This document shows positions 31,669 to 40,664 of a stretch of 64,000 bases of DNA, in pieces. Below the pieces are notes generated by a model. It saw nothing but the letters and a program-made list of their open reading frames with translations. It was not told the origin of the DNA and did not search any database. Numbering within the stretch: position 1 is the first letter of the stretch; each line of letters starts with the position of its first letter. Both the position numbers and the translations under genes were made by a program. Source of the stretch: an uncultured Alphaproteobacteria bacterium (lineage in GTDB: Bacteria > Pseudomonadota > Alphaproteobacteria > M2410); NCBI GenBank assembly GCA_965603015.1, contig CBFDBJ010000005.1, forward strand, positions 3,080-67,079. The letters run 5' to 3'.

Positions 31669-31700
31669 CGGCTCGCCTTTGGCGGGCCGTTTCTTTTTTG
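31669..31700 (+). terminator. Rho-independent terminator (near-identical copy of the one at 30693)
   Basis: CGGCTCGCC-TTT-GGCGGGCCG stem followed by TTTCTTTTTTGG. Confidence 0.8.
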
Positions 31701-31825
31701 GTCTTCGTTTGGGGACGCCGGGCCAAAGCGTTTTGTCATTGCCCGAGAATTGCTGTATGGAAAGCCCATAAGGGTCGCCGGCATTTTGTGCGATCCATTG
31801 CCACTTTTTCTACAGGACCCAGCCC

Positions 31826-33184
31826 ATGACATCCCAGAGTGAGCTCTCCGGCAGCTCCATAGAAGACGTTGTCGCAGCCCTTGTGAAGGAAGCGATCAAG
31901 GCTGGCGCAGATGCTGCCGATGCACTCGTGGCCGAGGGGATATCCCATGCGGCCTCGTTTCGCCTTGGCAAGCTGGAGGATATCGAGCGCTCCGAGGGTC
32001 AGGACCTGGGCCTCAGGGTGATGGTTGGCCAGCGCCAGGCGGCGGTTTCATCCAGCGATCTTTCAAGAGAAGGGCTCCAGCCCCTGGCCGAGCGGGCTGT
32101 GGCCATGGCGAAACTGGCGCCGGAGGATCCTTATTGTGGGCTCGCGCCGGACGATCGCCTCGCCAAGGACTTCCCGGACCTTGATCTCATTGATCCGGTG
32201 GAGCCGGGCTCCGACCATCTCATAGAACTGGCCCGGACCGCCGAGGAGGCTGCCCTTGCCATTGAGGGTGTTACCAATTCCGGCGGTGCAGGCGCAAGCT
32301 GGGGGCGATCCGGCATCGTGCTGGCGACCTCGGCCGGATTTGTTGGCCGGTATGGCGGAACCTCGCAAGGTGTCTCTGTTTCTGTTGTCGCCGGTGAAGG
32401 TGCCGCGATGGAGCGCGACTATGACTTCACCCAGGCGCGCCATGCAGAAGACCTCGAGAGCGCGGCTAAAATCGGCCAGAGCGCCGGGGAGCGCGCCGTA
32501 AAACGGTTGAATGCTCGCAAGATGGCCAGCCAGAGCGTGCCCGTTGTTTACGACCCAAGGGTTTCCTCGGGTCTTGTCGGGCATCTGGCCGGGGCAATAT
32601 CGGGCTCCGGCATTGCCCGGGGCTCAAGCTTCCTCAAGGACCAGATGTGTAAGCAAATTTTCAAAGCGGGCCTTTGCATCATCGATGATCCACATCGCAA
32701 GCGCGGTTTCGGGTCAAAGCCGTTCGACGGCGAAGGCGTTGCCAACAAGCGCCACAATCTCATTGAAGATGGCCGCCTCACCACGTGGCTGCTCGACACC
32801 GCCACGGCCCGGCAGCTCGGGCTTGAGACCACCGGGCATGCCAGCCGGGGCATCGGCGGACCGCCCTCGCCCGGCGCGACAAATCTCTATATGGAGCCCG
32901 GCGACCTGAGCGCGGACGAACTCATCGCAGACATAAAATCGGGGCTTTATATCACCCAGCTCATCGGCTCGGGCGTCAACGGCATCACCGGCGATTACAG
33001 CCGCGGCGCGTCGGGCTTCTGGATCGAGAACGGCGAGATTGTTTTTGCGGTCAACGAGATTACCGTCGCGGGCAATCTCAAATCCATGTTTGCCGAGATG
33101 ACGCCGGCCAACGACCTTGAGTTCAAAGGCCGTGTCAACGCGCCAACCATACGCATCGATGGCATGACCATCGCCGGAACGTGA
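31826..33184 (+). CDS. pmbA: Metalloprotease PmbA/TldE
   Basis: 452 aa TldD/PmbA family protein without the HExxxH motif of TldD, which matches PmbA. Confidence 0.9.
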   Translation: MTSQSELSGSSIEDVVAALVKEAIKAGADAADALVAEGISHAASFRLGKLEDIERSEGQDLGLRVMVGQRQAAVSSSDLSREGLQPLAERAVAMAKLAPEDPYCGLAPDDRLAKDFPDLDLIDPVEPGSDHLIELARTAEEAALAIEGVTNSGGAGASWGRSGIVLATSAGFVGRYGGTSQGVSVSVVAGEGAAMERDYDFTQARHAEDLESAAKIGQSAGERAVKRLNARKMASQSVPVVYDPRVSSGLVGHLAGAISGSGIARGSSFLKDQMCKQIFKAGLCIIDDPHRKRGFGSKPFDGEGVANKRHNLIEDGRLTTWLLDTATARQLGLETTGHASRGIGGPPSPGATNLYMEPGDLSADELIADIKSGLYITQLIGSGVNGITGDYSRGASGFWIENGEIVFAVNEITVAGNLKSMFAEMTPANDLEFKGRVNAPTIRIDGMTIAGT

Positions 33185-33223
33185 CACGGCACCGAATTAA
33201 CTTTTAGCCTGGAGGACCAACTC

Positions 33224-33448
33224 ATGAGCAAGCAATTGCTGCATCTTGTTTTTGGCGGCGAACTGACCGATATCAGCGACATCACGTTCAAAGATCTGGA
33301 CGCCGTTGAAGTGGTCGGGATCTACCCGAGTTATGCAAAAGCCTATGATGCGTGGAAGGCTGCGTCGCACAGCAGCGTCGATCATGCCAAAATGCGCTAT
33401 TTCATCGTCCATTTGCACCGCCTGATGCGCCCTGAAGAGCCCGAATAG
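33224..33448 (+). CDS. Small conserved protein (DUF4170-like)
   Basis: 74 aa (LHLVFGGEL...MRYFIVHLHRL). The DUF4170 assignment is from recall, not a search. Confidence 0.5.
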   Translation: MSKQLLHLVFGGELTDISDITFKDLDAVEVVGIYPSYAKAYDAWKAASHSSVDHAKMRYFIVHLHRLMRPEEPE

Positions 33449-33507
33449 GCCTGCACTTGCTCCGCTGAACCTCCAACACGCAAAAGGGCGCGCTTTTTCA
33501 CGCTTTC

Positions 33508-35415
33508 GTGGTAAAACGGGGCCCAATGATCCGGGCGGGAGAATTCGCCTGTCCCTTAACTTTGAGCCGAAGACTTCAACCTGTGAACACTATCAGCGCA
33601 AATCAGCATCTGCCTTCTGCCGGACCGTCGGCCAGGGAGACAGAAAAAGCTCAGAGCCGCGCCTCTGTGCGTCGGTTGTGGCGGGAGTATCTCAGGCCTC
33701 AAAGCATGCCGCTTTTTTGTGCCGTTCTCCTCATGTTGGTGATCGCCGCGACAACCGCTGGTCTTGCGTTCCTCCTCGATCCGGCAATCAAATTTCTGTT
33801 CCTCGAGAAAGACAAGGATCTACTCTATCTGATCCCAACAGTCGTTATCGTCGTCGCAACAGTGAAAGCCCTTGCGACCTATGGCGAAGGCAACATCATG
33901 GCGACGATTGGCCAGAGGCTGGTCGCAGACTTGCAGCTGCGCCTCTTTCGCACCATGGTCTATGCGGACTTGCAAAGGCTCAACGTCACCCACTCCGGCG
34001 AGTTCATGACCAATACATTGAACAATGTCACGCTGGTTCAACAAGCCTCGGTTCAGGCGATTGCCGGGTTTGCCAAGGAGACGACATCGGTGATCGGCCT
34101 TCTGGCCGTGATGTATTATCAGGACCCGGCTCTGGCGCTTGTTGCATCGGGCGTCATTCCGCTTGTCATCCTGAACTCTCGCAAGCAGGGCAAAAAAACC
34201 CGCAAGGCGACAAAAAAACAGATGGCCGAAACCGGTATTCTAACGGCGCTGATATCGGAGAACCTCGATGGCACCCGGGTCGTCAAGGCCTATGGTCAGG
34301 AAGAGCGCGAGATCGCGAGGACGCAGGCCTCCATTCATCGCCGGATGCTGCATCAATTGAAGGCAGCGCGGGCGAAACTTGCCGCTGCCCCGGTAACAGA
34401 AGCCATTACCGGGATTGGTATTGCCGCAGTGCTGTTTTATGGCGGTCTTCGCGCACTCGACGGTGAATTCACACTCAATCAGTTCATGAGCTTCCTCATG
34501 GCAATGATGCTGTCCTACGATCCGTTGAAAAAGCTCTCCAATCTTTTTGCCATCCTCAGCCAGGGAATGGCTGCGCTCGGCCAGGTCTTTGAGGAAATTG
34601 ATATTGAGCCGGAAATTGTTGATGATCCGGAAGCAGGTCAACTGGTGCTGAACGGTGGACGGATTGCTTTCAATGACGTCTCGTTCCACTACGGCGACGA
34701 CAAGGCGGCGCTCAATAACATATCCTTTGCTGCAGAACCTGGTGAAACCATTGCGCTGGTGGGTCCCAGCGGTGCCGGCAAAAGTACCGTCCTCAACCTC
34801 ATTCCCCGGTTTTATGATGTGACCAGCGGCTCGGTGGAAATTGACGGACAGGACATTCGCGGCGTCACGCAGGAGAGCCTGAGACGTCCCATCGCCATCG
34901 TCACCCAGGACCCGTTCCTCTTCGATGATACAATCGCTGCCAATATCGCCTATGGCAAACCGGATGCGACCGACGAAGAGATCGAGGCCGCAGCGCGCGC
35001 AGCAGCGGCGCACGACTTCATTTCCGAGATGCAGGACGGGTATGCGTCCTACGCCGGCGAAGGTGGTGCCCGGCTTTCAGGCGGACAGCGCCAGCGCATT
35101 GCCATAGCACGAGCGATGTTGAAGAACGCGCCTATATTGCTGCTTGACGAAGCCACTTCGGCGCTCGATACACGCTCGGAGGCGCAGGTGCAGCAGGCGC
35201 TGCGAACCCTGATGAAGGACCGAACCACAATCGTGATTGCCCACCGGCTCTCGACCATCATCGACGCCGACCGGATCTTTGTCCTGGATCAGGGCAGGAT
35301 TGTCGAAGCGGGCCGTCACGGCGAATTGATTGACAACGGCAAACTTTATGCCTCGCTCTACAGCTCAATTTTCGACGATGCAGAAAAAACCTCCGTTCTT
35401 GAGGCAGGAGAATAG
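33508..35415 (+). CDS. msbA: ABC transporter permease/ATPase, lipid A exporter MsbA-like
   Basis: Six-TM domain plus Walker A (GPSGAGKST), ABC signature (LSGGQRQR) and Walker B (ILLLDEATSALD). The true start is uncertain: GTG at 33508, ATG at 33526, or GTG near 33583. The ORF-track N-terminus is longer than typical for MsbA. Confidence 0.85.
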   Translation: MVKRGPMIRAGEFACPLTLSRRLQPVNTISANQHLPSAGPSARETEKAQSRASVRRLWREYLRPQSMPLFCAVLLMLVIAATTAGLAFLLDPAIKFLFLEKDKDLLYLIPTVVIVVATVKALATYGEGNIMATIGQRLVADLQLRLFRTMVYADLQRLNVTHSGEFMTNTLNNVTLVQQASVQAIAGFAKETTSVIGLLAVMYYQDPALALVASGVIPLVILNSRKQGKKTRKATKKQMAETGILTALISENLDGTRVVKAYGQEEREIARTQASIHRRMLHQLKAARAKLAAAPVTEAITGIGIAAVLFYGGLRALDGEFTLNQFMSFLMAMMLSYDPLKKLSNLFAILSQGMAALGQVFEEIDIEPEIVDDPEAGQLVLNGGRIAFNDVSFHYGDDKAALNNISFAAEPGETIALVGPSGAGKSTVLNLIPRFYDVTSGSVEIDGQDIRGVTQESLRRPIAIVTQDPFLFDDTIAANIAYGKPDATDEEIEAAARAAAAHDFISEMQDGYASYAGEGGARLSGGQRQRIAIARAMLKNAPILLLDEATSALDTRSEAQVQQALRTLMKDRTTIVIAHRLSTIIDADRIFVLDQGRIVEAGRHGELIDNGKLYASLYSSIFDDAEKTSVLEAGE

Positions 35416-35418
35416 CCC

Positions 35419-36192
35419 ATGAGCAATGACGCCCTCATGCCCACCAAACAGAAACCACGCCGCCGGACGCCCCAGTGGATCAAGGCCTTTGGGCGCAATG
35501 ATCAATTGCGCAGCGTTATTTCCTGGCTGACCGCGCTTTACATTCGCTTCGTCTATTTTACGGGACGCTGGACAATCCTGGGCGAGGAGCATCCGCGCGC
35601 GCTGTGGCAAGAGGGCAAACCGTTTCTGGTAGCGTACTGGCATGGCCGTATCCTGATGATGCCGCATGCCTGGCGAACAGACATGCCAATGAACCTGTTG
35701 ATTTCAAAACACCGGGACGGAGCTATCATTGCCGATGCCGTCGCTCATCTGGGTCTGGGAACGGTGCGTGGGTCGTCGTCAAAGGATGGCAACAAGGGCG
35801 GAGCCCGGGCCTTGCGCGCCATGGTGAAGGCGGTACGGGCGGGGCAGTCAGTCGGGATCACACCCGATGGCCCTTCCGGGCCCTTCATGCGGGCCAGCGA
35901 AGGGGTCTGTGCGACCGCGCGGCTGGCAGGCGTTCCTATCCTTCCTGCGACCTACGCTGCGCGTAGCCGAAAGGTCATGAAGAGTTGGGACCGCTTCGTC
36001 GTGGCGCTGCCGTTTACCCGGGGCGTCATCATGTGGGGCGAACCGATCTTCATTGACAACAAAGCCTCTCCGGAAGAGCTGGATCTTGGCCGGGCCCGCG
36101 TGGAACAGGCGATGATTGATCTGACGCGCGAGGCAGACCTCATTGTCGGTGCTGACCCCATTTTGCCGCCTGAAGAAACAGCGAAGGTTTGA
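35419..36192 (+). CDS. DUF374 / lysophospholipid-acyltransferase-family protein of the Kdo-lipid A cluster
   Basis: 257 aa with a conserved position between msbA and waaA. The AYWHGRILMMP block is an HX4-like region. Confidence 0.7.
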   Translation: MSNDALMPTKQKPRRRTPQWIKAFGRNDQLRSVISWLTALYIRFVYFTGRWTILGEEHPRALWQEGKPFLVAYWHGRILMMPHAWRTDMPMNLLISKHRDGAIIADAVAHLGLGTVRGSSSKDGNKGGARALRAMVKAVRAGQSVGITPDGPSGPFMRASEGVCATARLAGVPILPATYAARSRKVMKSWDRFVVALPFTRGVIMWGEPIFIDNKASPEELDLGRARVEQAMIDLTREADLIVGADPILPPEETAKV

Positions 36193-36198
36193 CCGGCG

Positions 36199-37566
36199 GT
36201 GGGACAAACACTCATGAACGAAGCCCTGCCCCGCCCGACCCCGAAGGGGTCTTCTGCATTCAATGTCGGGCGCGCCCTTTACAGGGCAGCATGGTGGCTC
36301 ATGGGCCCTGTGCTTCCGTTTTACCTTCGACGGCGCGCGCGGCGCGGCAAGGAAGATCCCGCCAGGCTGGTGGAGCGCTACGGCAAGTCTTCCAGGGCAA
36401 GGCCCGACGGAGACCTCTTGTGGGTACATGGCGCCAGCGTCGGGGAAAGTCTGTCGGCCCTGCCGCTTGTCGAACGTCTGCTTGAAGCGCACGCGAACCT
36501 TCATGTTTTGGTTACTACAGGGACCATGACCTCGGCGCAGCTCCTGGAGGCGCGGCTTCCGGAGCGAGCCTTTCATCAATATCTGCCCCTCGACCACCCC
36601 TCCCACGCTGCCGCCTTTATGGATCACTGGCAACCTGATGCGGTTTTCTGGATCGAAAGTGAATTTTGGCCAAATCTTCTCCACGAGATATCGGCGCGGG
36701 AGATCCCGGCAGCACTGCTCAATGCCCGCCTCTCGGAACAAAGTTTCAAGCGATGGCAAAAGAGTCCTCGATTTATCAGGGAACTGCTCGGAACATTTTC
36801 ACTTTGTCTTGCTCAGGATGAAAATATCGCAGGCATGCTGGCTGCTCTGGGCGCGACCAAAATTTCGACCGCGGGCAATCTCAAGTTCGCGGCCCTGCCT
36901 CTTCCGGACGCAGAACAGAAACGCCAGTCGCTGGAGGCCCTGCTCGGCGAACGGAAGGTCATTGTGGCAGCACAGACAGTCGAGGGTGAAGAAACAGGCC
37001 TCGGGTCCATTCTGCCTGACTTAAAGCAGGAATTCAGCGACCTTCTTCTCATCATCATTCCGAAACACACACATCGCTCATCCTCCATAGAGCAGGCGCT
37101 TGCGGCGGCCACACTCAAAGTCGCCGTGCGTTCGAGGGCCGAGGCTCCGGCGACCGACACTGACATCTACCTCGCCGATACAATGGGAGAGCTCGGCCTC
37201 TTTTACAGACTTGATGCGCCGGTTTTTCTCGGGCGCAGCCTTGTCCCGGGTTACGGGGGCTCTAACCTGCTTGAGCCGGCACGATTTGGCCGTTGCATTA
37301 TTCAGGGTGTCCACACCGAGAACTTTACTGCAATGAATGACCTCTTTCAGTCCTCGTCGGCCTCCCTCGTTGCCCGGGATGAGGCGCAGCTCAGAGACCT
37401 CTTGCTGGATGTCTTGAGAGACCCGCAGTGCGCTAACGAGATAGGGACCAAAGCCGAAGCGGTTACCAGCTCAGCATCAAGCGTTCTGGACAGGGTTGCA
37501 GATCTTGTCTCTCCCCTGTTACCCGAGCCCTCACCCACTTCAGGAGAACCCGATGCGCGCTCCTGA
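36199..37566 (+). CDS. waaA: 3-deoxy-D-manno-octulosonic acid (Kdo) transferase
   Basis: 455 aa with WVHGASVGE in the N-terminal domain and a GT-B C-terminal domain. Start is GTG at 36199 or ATG at 36214. Confidence 0.9.
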   Translation: MGQTLMNEALPRPTPKGSSAFNVGRALYRAAWWLMGPVLPFYLRRRARRGKEDPARLVERYGKSSRARPDGDLLWVHGASVGESLSALPLVERLLEAHANLHVLVTTGTMTSAQLLEARLPERAFHQYLPLDHPSHAAAFMDHWQPDAVFWIESEFWPNLLHEISAREIPAALLNARLSEQSFKRWQKSPRFIRELLGTFSLCLAQDENIAGMLAALGATKISTAGNLKFAALPLPDAEQKRQSLEALLGERKVIVAAQTVEGEETGLGSILPDLKQEFSDLLLIIIPKHTHRSSSIEQALAAATLKVAVRSRAEAPATDTDIYLADTMGELGLFYRLDAPVFLGRSLVPGYGGSNLLEPARFGRCIIQGVHTENFTAMNDLFQSSSASLVARDEAQLRDLLLDVLRDPQCANEIGTKAEAVTSSASSVLDRVADLVSPLLPEPSPTSGEPDARS

Positions 37567-38557
37567 GTTCTGGTATCCTGACGGCGGCCGCGCGGGCCTG
37601 ACCGCCACGCTGCTCACGCCGCTTGGCTGGCTCTACGGCGCCGTAGGTGGATGGCAAAGGTTGACGGGATCACCGCGCCGCACGGTTGCGAAAGTGGTCT
37701 GCGTCGGCAACCTGACCGCCGGGGGGACAGGCAAGACGCCCGTCTGCCTCGCGCTCAATGATCTCCTCACCGCCGACGGGACACGCACCGCCTTTCTTAC
37801 GCGAGGCTACGGCGGAAAGACTGCTGATCCGACGCGAATCGATCTTTCCGCTCACGGATTTGATGTGGCCGGTGACGAGGCCTTGCTGCTTGCCAGCGCC
37901 GCTCCAACCTATATTTCCCCGACTCGGCGGCGCGGCGGCGAAGCGGCCTCGCGGGACGGCGCTGATGTTATTCTCATGGATGACGGATTTCAAAATCCGG
38001 CGATCATCAAGGACCTGTCGCTGGTCGTGATTGACGGAACGGCCGGGTTTGGCAACAGACGCATGATACCGGCCGGACCCTTGCGCGAATCCATAAGGCT
38101 GGGTCTGCGCCGAGCTGACGCGATCATTCTGGTTGGCGAGCTGAGCCATGAGCGTGATCGAGACCTGGTAAAAGCGAGCGGCACTCCGGTCTTTCGGGCC
38201 AGCGTCAGTGTCGACCCGAGGTCCGAATTTGATCTGACCAGACCAGTTGTTGCCTTTACCGGCATCGGCAGACCGCAAAAGTTTTTCGACACGCTGGCGT
38301 CACAAGGCTTCGACGTGGTTGAGGCCGTCCCCTACCCTGACCATCATCCATTCAAGGCGCGCGACCTTGAATGGCTGGAGGACCTGTGCGACGAACGTAG
38401 CGCAGATCTGATAACAACATCCAAGGACTACGTCCGGCTCCCCACTGACTTCCGTGCCAAAACCCGGGAATTGCCAATTCGCGTTCTGTTTGAGGAACCC
38501 GAAAGCGTTGCGGGTTTTCTTGCTGAGGGCTTGCGGGACCATAGTGCCACGCGCTAA
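37553..38557 (+). CDS. lpxK: Tetraacyldisaccharide 4'-kinase
   Basis: P-loop VGNLTAGGTGKTP. I chose ATG at 37553 (MRAPEFWYP...), which overlaps the waaA stop by 14 nt. The ORF-track start is 37496. Confidence 0.9.
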   Translation: MRAPEFWYPDGGRAGLTATLLTPLGWLYGAVGGWQRLTGSPRRTVAKVVCVGNLTAGGTGKTPVCLALNDLLTADGTRTAFLTRGYGGKTADPTRIDLSAHGFDVAGDEALLLASAAPTYISPTRRRGGEAASRDGADVILMDDGFQNPAIIKDLSLVVIDGTAGFGNRRMIPAGPLRESIRLGLRRADAIILVGELSHERDRDLVKASGTPVFRASVSVDPRSEFDLTRPVVAFTGIGRPQKFFDTLASQGFDVVEAVPYPDHHPFKARDLEWLEDLCDERSADLITTSKDYVRLPTDFRAKTRELPIRVLFEEPESVAGFLAEGLRDHSATR

Positions 38558-38598
38558 AAACCCTCTTGAACGAGTGGCCAATCCATCAGGACACGTAA

Positions 38599-39558
38599 AT
38601 GAAAAGACCGCACAGTGTAAAAGGAGCACGCGACCTCAAGGCTCGCCACTACGCTGAATATGCCCTGCTGCGCGGTTTCACAGCGTTTTGCAGCCTGTTC
38701 GGCCTTGACGGCGCATCGGCCATTGGTGGCTGGCTCGCGCGGACGGTTGGGCCATTGACGCCGGCCCAGAAAACCGCACGCAATAATATGCGCATGTGCA
38801 TTCCCGAAATGCCCGACGAGGAGATTGAGGAGAACCTGAGGGCCATGTGGGACAACTTTGGCCGGACCATGCAGGAATTCCCACAGATCACAAGACTTCT
38901 TCCCTATAGAGACGGATCTCGCATCGAGGTGGTTGGCGGAGAGATTATTGATGAGGTGGTTGGCCGCGGCAAGGGCGCGCTGTTCATCTCCGGCCACTTC
39001 GCTAATTGGGAGCTATTGGCTCCGTGTATTCGATTGCGCGGACTGGAGCTTGACGGGGTCTATCGCTCCGCCAACAACGCGCTGGTTAACGACTGGTCGA
39101 TGCGGCTCAGGGGCCCCAATTCCTTCAGCTCCCAGTCACCCAAGGGCCGGGCGGGGGCAAAGATGATCGTCAAACACATTCGCGCCGGAACGCCGGTTGC
39201 CATGCTGGTCGACCAAAAAATGAATGACGGGATCGAAGCGCCGTTCTTTGGCCGCCCGTCCATGACTGCAGGTGCTGCGGCGCAGCTGTCAGAAAAGTAT
39301 GATTGCCCGATCGTGCCAATGCACATCCGCCGCACGGGAGGGGCGCATTTCCGGGTTGAGATCTATCCGCCGCTCGATGTGCCCAAAACCGGCAGCAAAT
39401 CAGGCGACATCCTGGCGATCACCACCGCCTACAATCAATTCCTTGAAGACCGGATTCGCGAGACTCCGGGTCAGTGGATGTGGATGCACAATCGCTGGTC
39501 GCCGCCGAAGCGCAAGAAGAAATACGGTCCGAAACCGGTGCGGGAAACGGCAAGCTAG
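38599..39558 (+). CDS. lpxL: Lipid A biosynthesis lauroyl/myristoyl acyltransferase (LpxL/HtrB family)
   Basis: 319 aa LPLAT-family protein with an HX4D-like block (SGHFANWE) and a characteristic C-terminus (RETPGQWMWMHNRW). Confidence 0.8.
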   Translation: MKRPHSVKGARDLKARHYAEYALLRGFTAFCSLFGLDGASAIGGWLARTVGPLTPAQKTARNNMRMCIPEMPDEEIEENLRAMWDNFGRTMQEFPQITRLLPYRDGSRIEVVGGEIIDEVVGRGKGALFISGHFANWELLAPCIRLRGLELDGVYRSANNALVNDWSMRLRGPNSFSSQSPKGRAGAKMIVKHIRAGTPVAMLVDQKMNDGIEAPFFGRPSMTAGAAAQLSEKYDCPIVPMHIRRTGGAHFRVEIYPPLDVPKTGSKSGDILAITTAYNQFLEDRIRETPGQWMWMHNRWSPPKRKKKYGPKPVRETAS

Positions 39559-39567
39559 CCGCCGACA

Positions 39568-40398
39568 TCATTCAGGCATTGCCCCGACGATAAGGACCGG
39601 GTCGATATGCTGGTCGAACCAATACATGCGCCAGTCAAGATGCGGGCCATTGGCCCGGCCAGCGGCGCCTACGCGGCCCAGCACATCACCCGTCGCAACC
39701 ACATCCCCCGGCTTCACATCGACCCCTGAAAGATGCAGGAAGGCCGAGGTCAGGCCCATACCATGATCGAGGAAAATGAGACCGCCCTCAAAGTACATGT
39801 CATCATCGGCGAGGGTTACAACACCGTCCGCAGGCGCGTAAAACTCAGTGCCAGCGGGCGCGGCGACGTCGACACCAAAGTGGGGACGCCCTGGCTTGCC
39901 ATTGTAATAGCGCTGGGAACCATAGACGCCGGAAATGCGGCCCGTCAAAGGCCAGTTAAAATCCGCCAGATAACCGGTCGAAGCATTCATCTCTGCCCGT
40001 GCGGCGCGCTTGCGTTTTGCCTCGGACCGAATACGGGCCAGGGTATCTGCCGGTGGCTCCACGTATTTTTTAGCGATCCCTTCAACATACTGAACATCAT
40101 AGTCACGAGCGCCGACGTCGAGCGTTCCGACCCACGTCCGGCCATCGGGGAATGTGACATTGACGTTGGCCTTGTCGGCATAATCGCGATCAAAGCCGAA
40201 TATGAAATTGCCCGCAGAGTCGAGGAGAAGATCGCGGCCATCCAGGGCAACCTTTGCGCCCGGTTCAATTTTCGCCCGGACGAGCCCACCCTGTTTCAAT
40301 TCACCGCTGACAGAAAACGGAAAAATACCAGGATCAGCAAACGCGGACGATGAAAGAACGAGGGAGAACAAACCCAAAAGCCTGACCCAAACTCTCAT
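39568..40398 (-). CDS. M23 family metallopeptidase (peptidoglycan DD-endopeptidase) with signal peptide
   Basis: M23 motifs HFGVD, FLDHG and HLHL, with an N-terminal signal peptide MRVWVRLLGLFSLVLSSSAFA. Confidence 0.85.
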   Translation of the reverse strand: MRVWVRLLGLFSLVLSSSAFADPGIFPFSVSGELKQGGLVRAKIEPGAKVALDGRDLLLDSAGNFIFGFDRDYADKANVNVTFPDGRTWVGTLDVGARDYDVQYVEGIAKKYVEPPADTLARIRSEAKRKRAARAEMNASTGYLADFNWPLTGRISGVYGSQRYYNGKPGRPHFGVDVAAPAGTEFYAPADGVVTLADDDMYFEGGLIFLDHGMGLTSAFLHLSGVDVKPGDVVATGDVLGRVGAAGRANGPHLDWRMYWFDQHIDPVLIVGAMPE

Positions 40399-40631
40399 TG
40401 GGCGTCTCCCTTGGCGAGACCCAGTTGCTGCATTCTTTTGTGGACGGCTTCGGCGGATGCATAGGCTTCCTGGCGCTCGACGCTCCAGTAGCGCAGCTCG
40501 TCAAGCGGAATGCGCTGGCCTGTCACCTCACACAAGACATAAGCACCCGGTTTGACGACAGAGAATTCACCGTCGAGATATTCAAGTTCTGCTTTTGTCG
40601 TTCCGTCCATACCCGGTTCCTGAATGTTCAT
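40395..40631 (-). CDS. Small conserved protein (DUF2093-like)
   Basis: 78 aa (LEYLDGEFSVVKPGAYVLCEVTGQRIPLDELRYWSVERQEAY). It sits between xseA and the M23 peptidase and overlaps the peptidase by 4 nt. Confidence 0.55.
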   Translation of the reverse strand: MNIQEPGMDGTTKAELEYLDGEFSVVKPGAYVLCEVTGQRIPLDELRYWSVERQEAYASAEAVHKRMQQLGLAKGDAQ

Positions 40632-40664
40632 TTTACCTCAACCCTGATTTGCAATCAGGGCGCA

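Noticed and set aside
33449-33600. The MsbA N-terminal extension as a separate small gene or leader peptide
   Set aside because: It is in frame with msbA with no intervening stop. This is more likely start-codon ambiguity than a distinct ORF.
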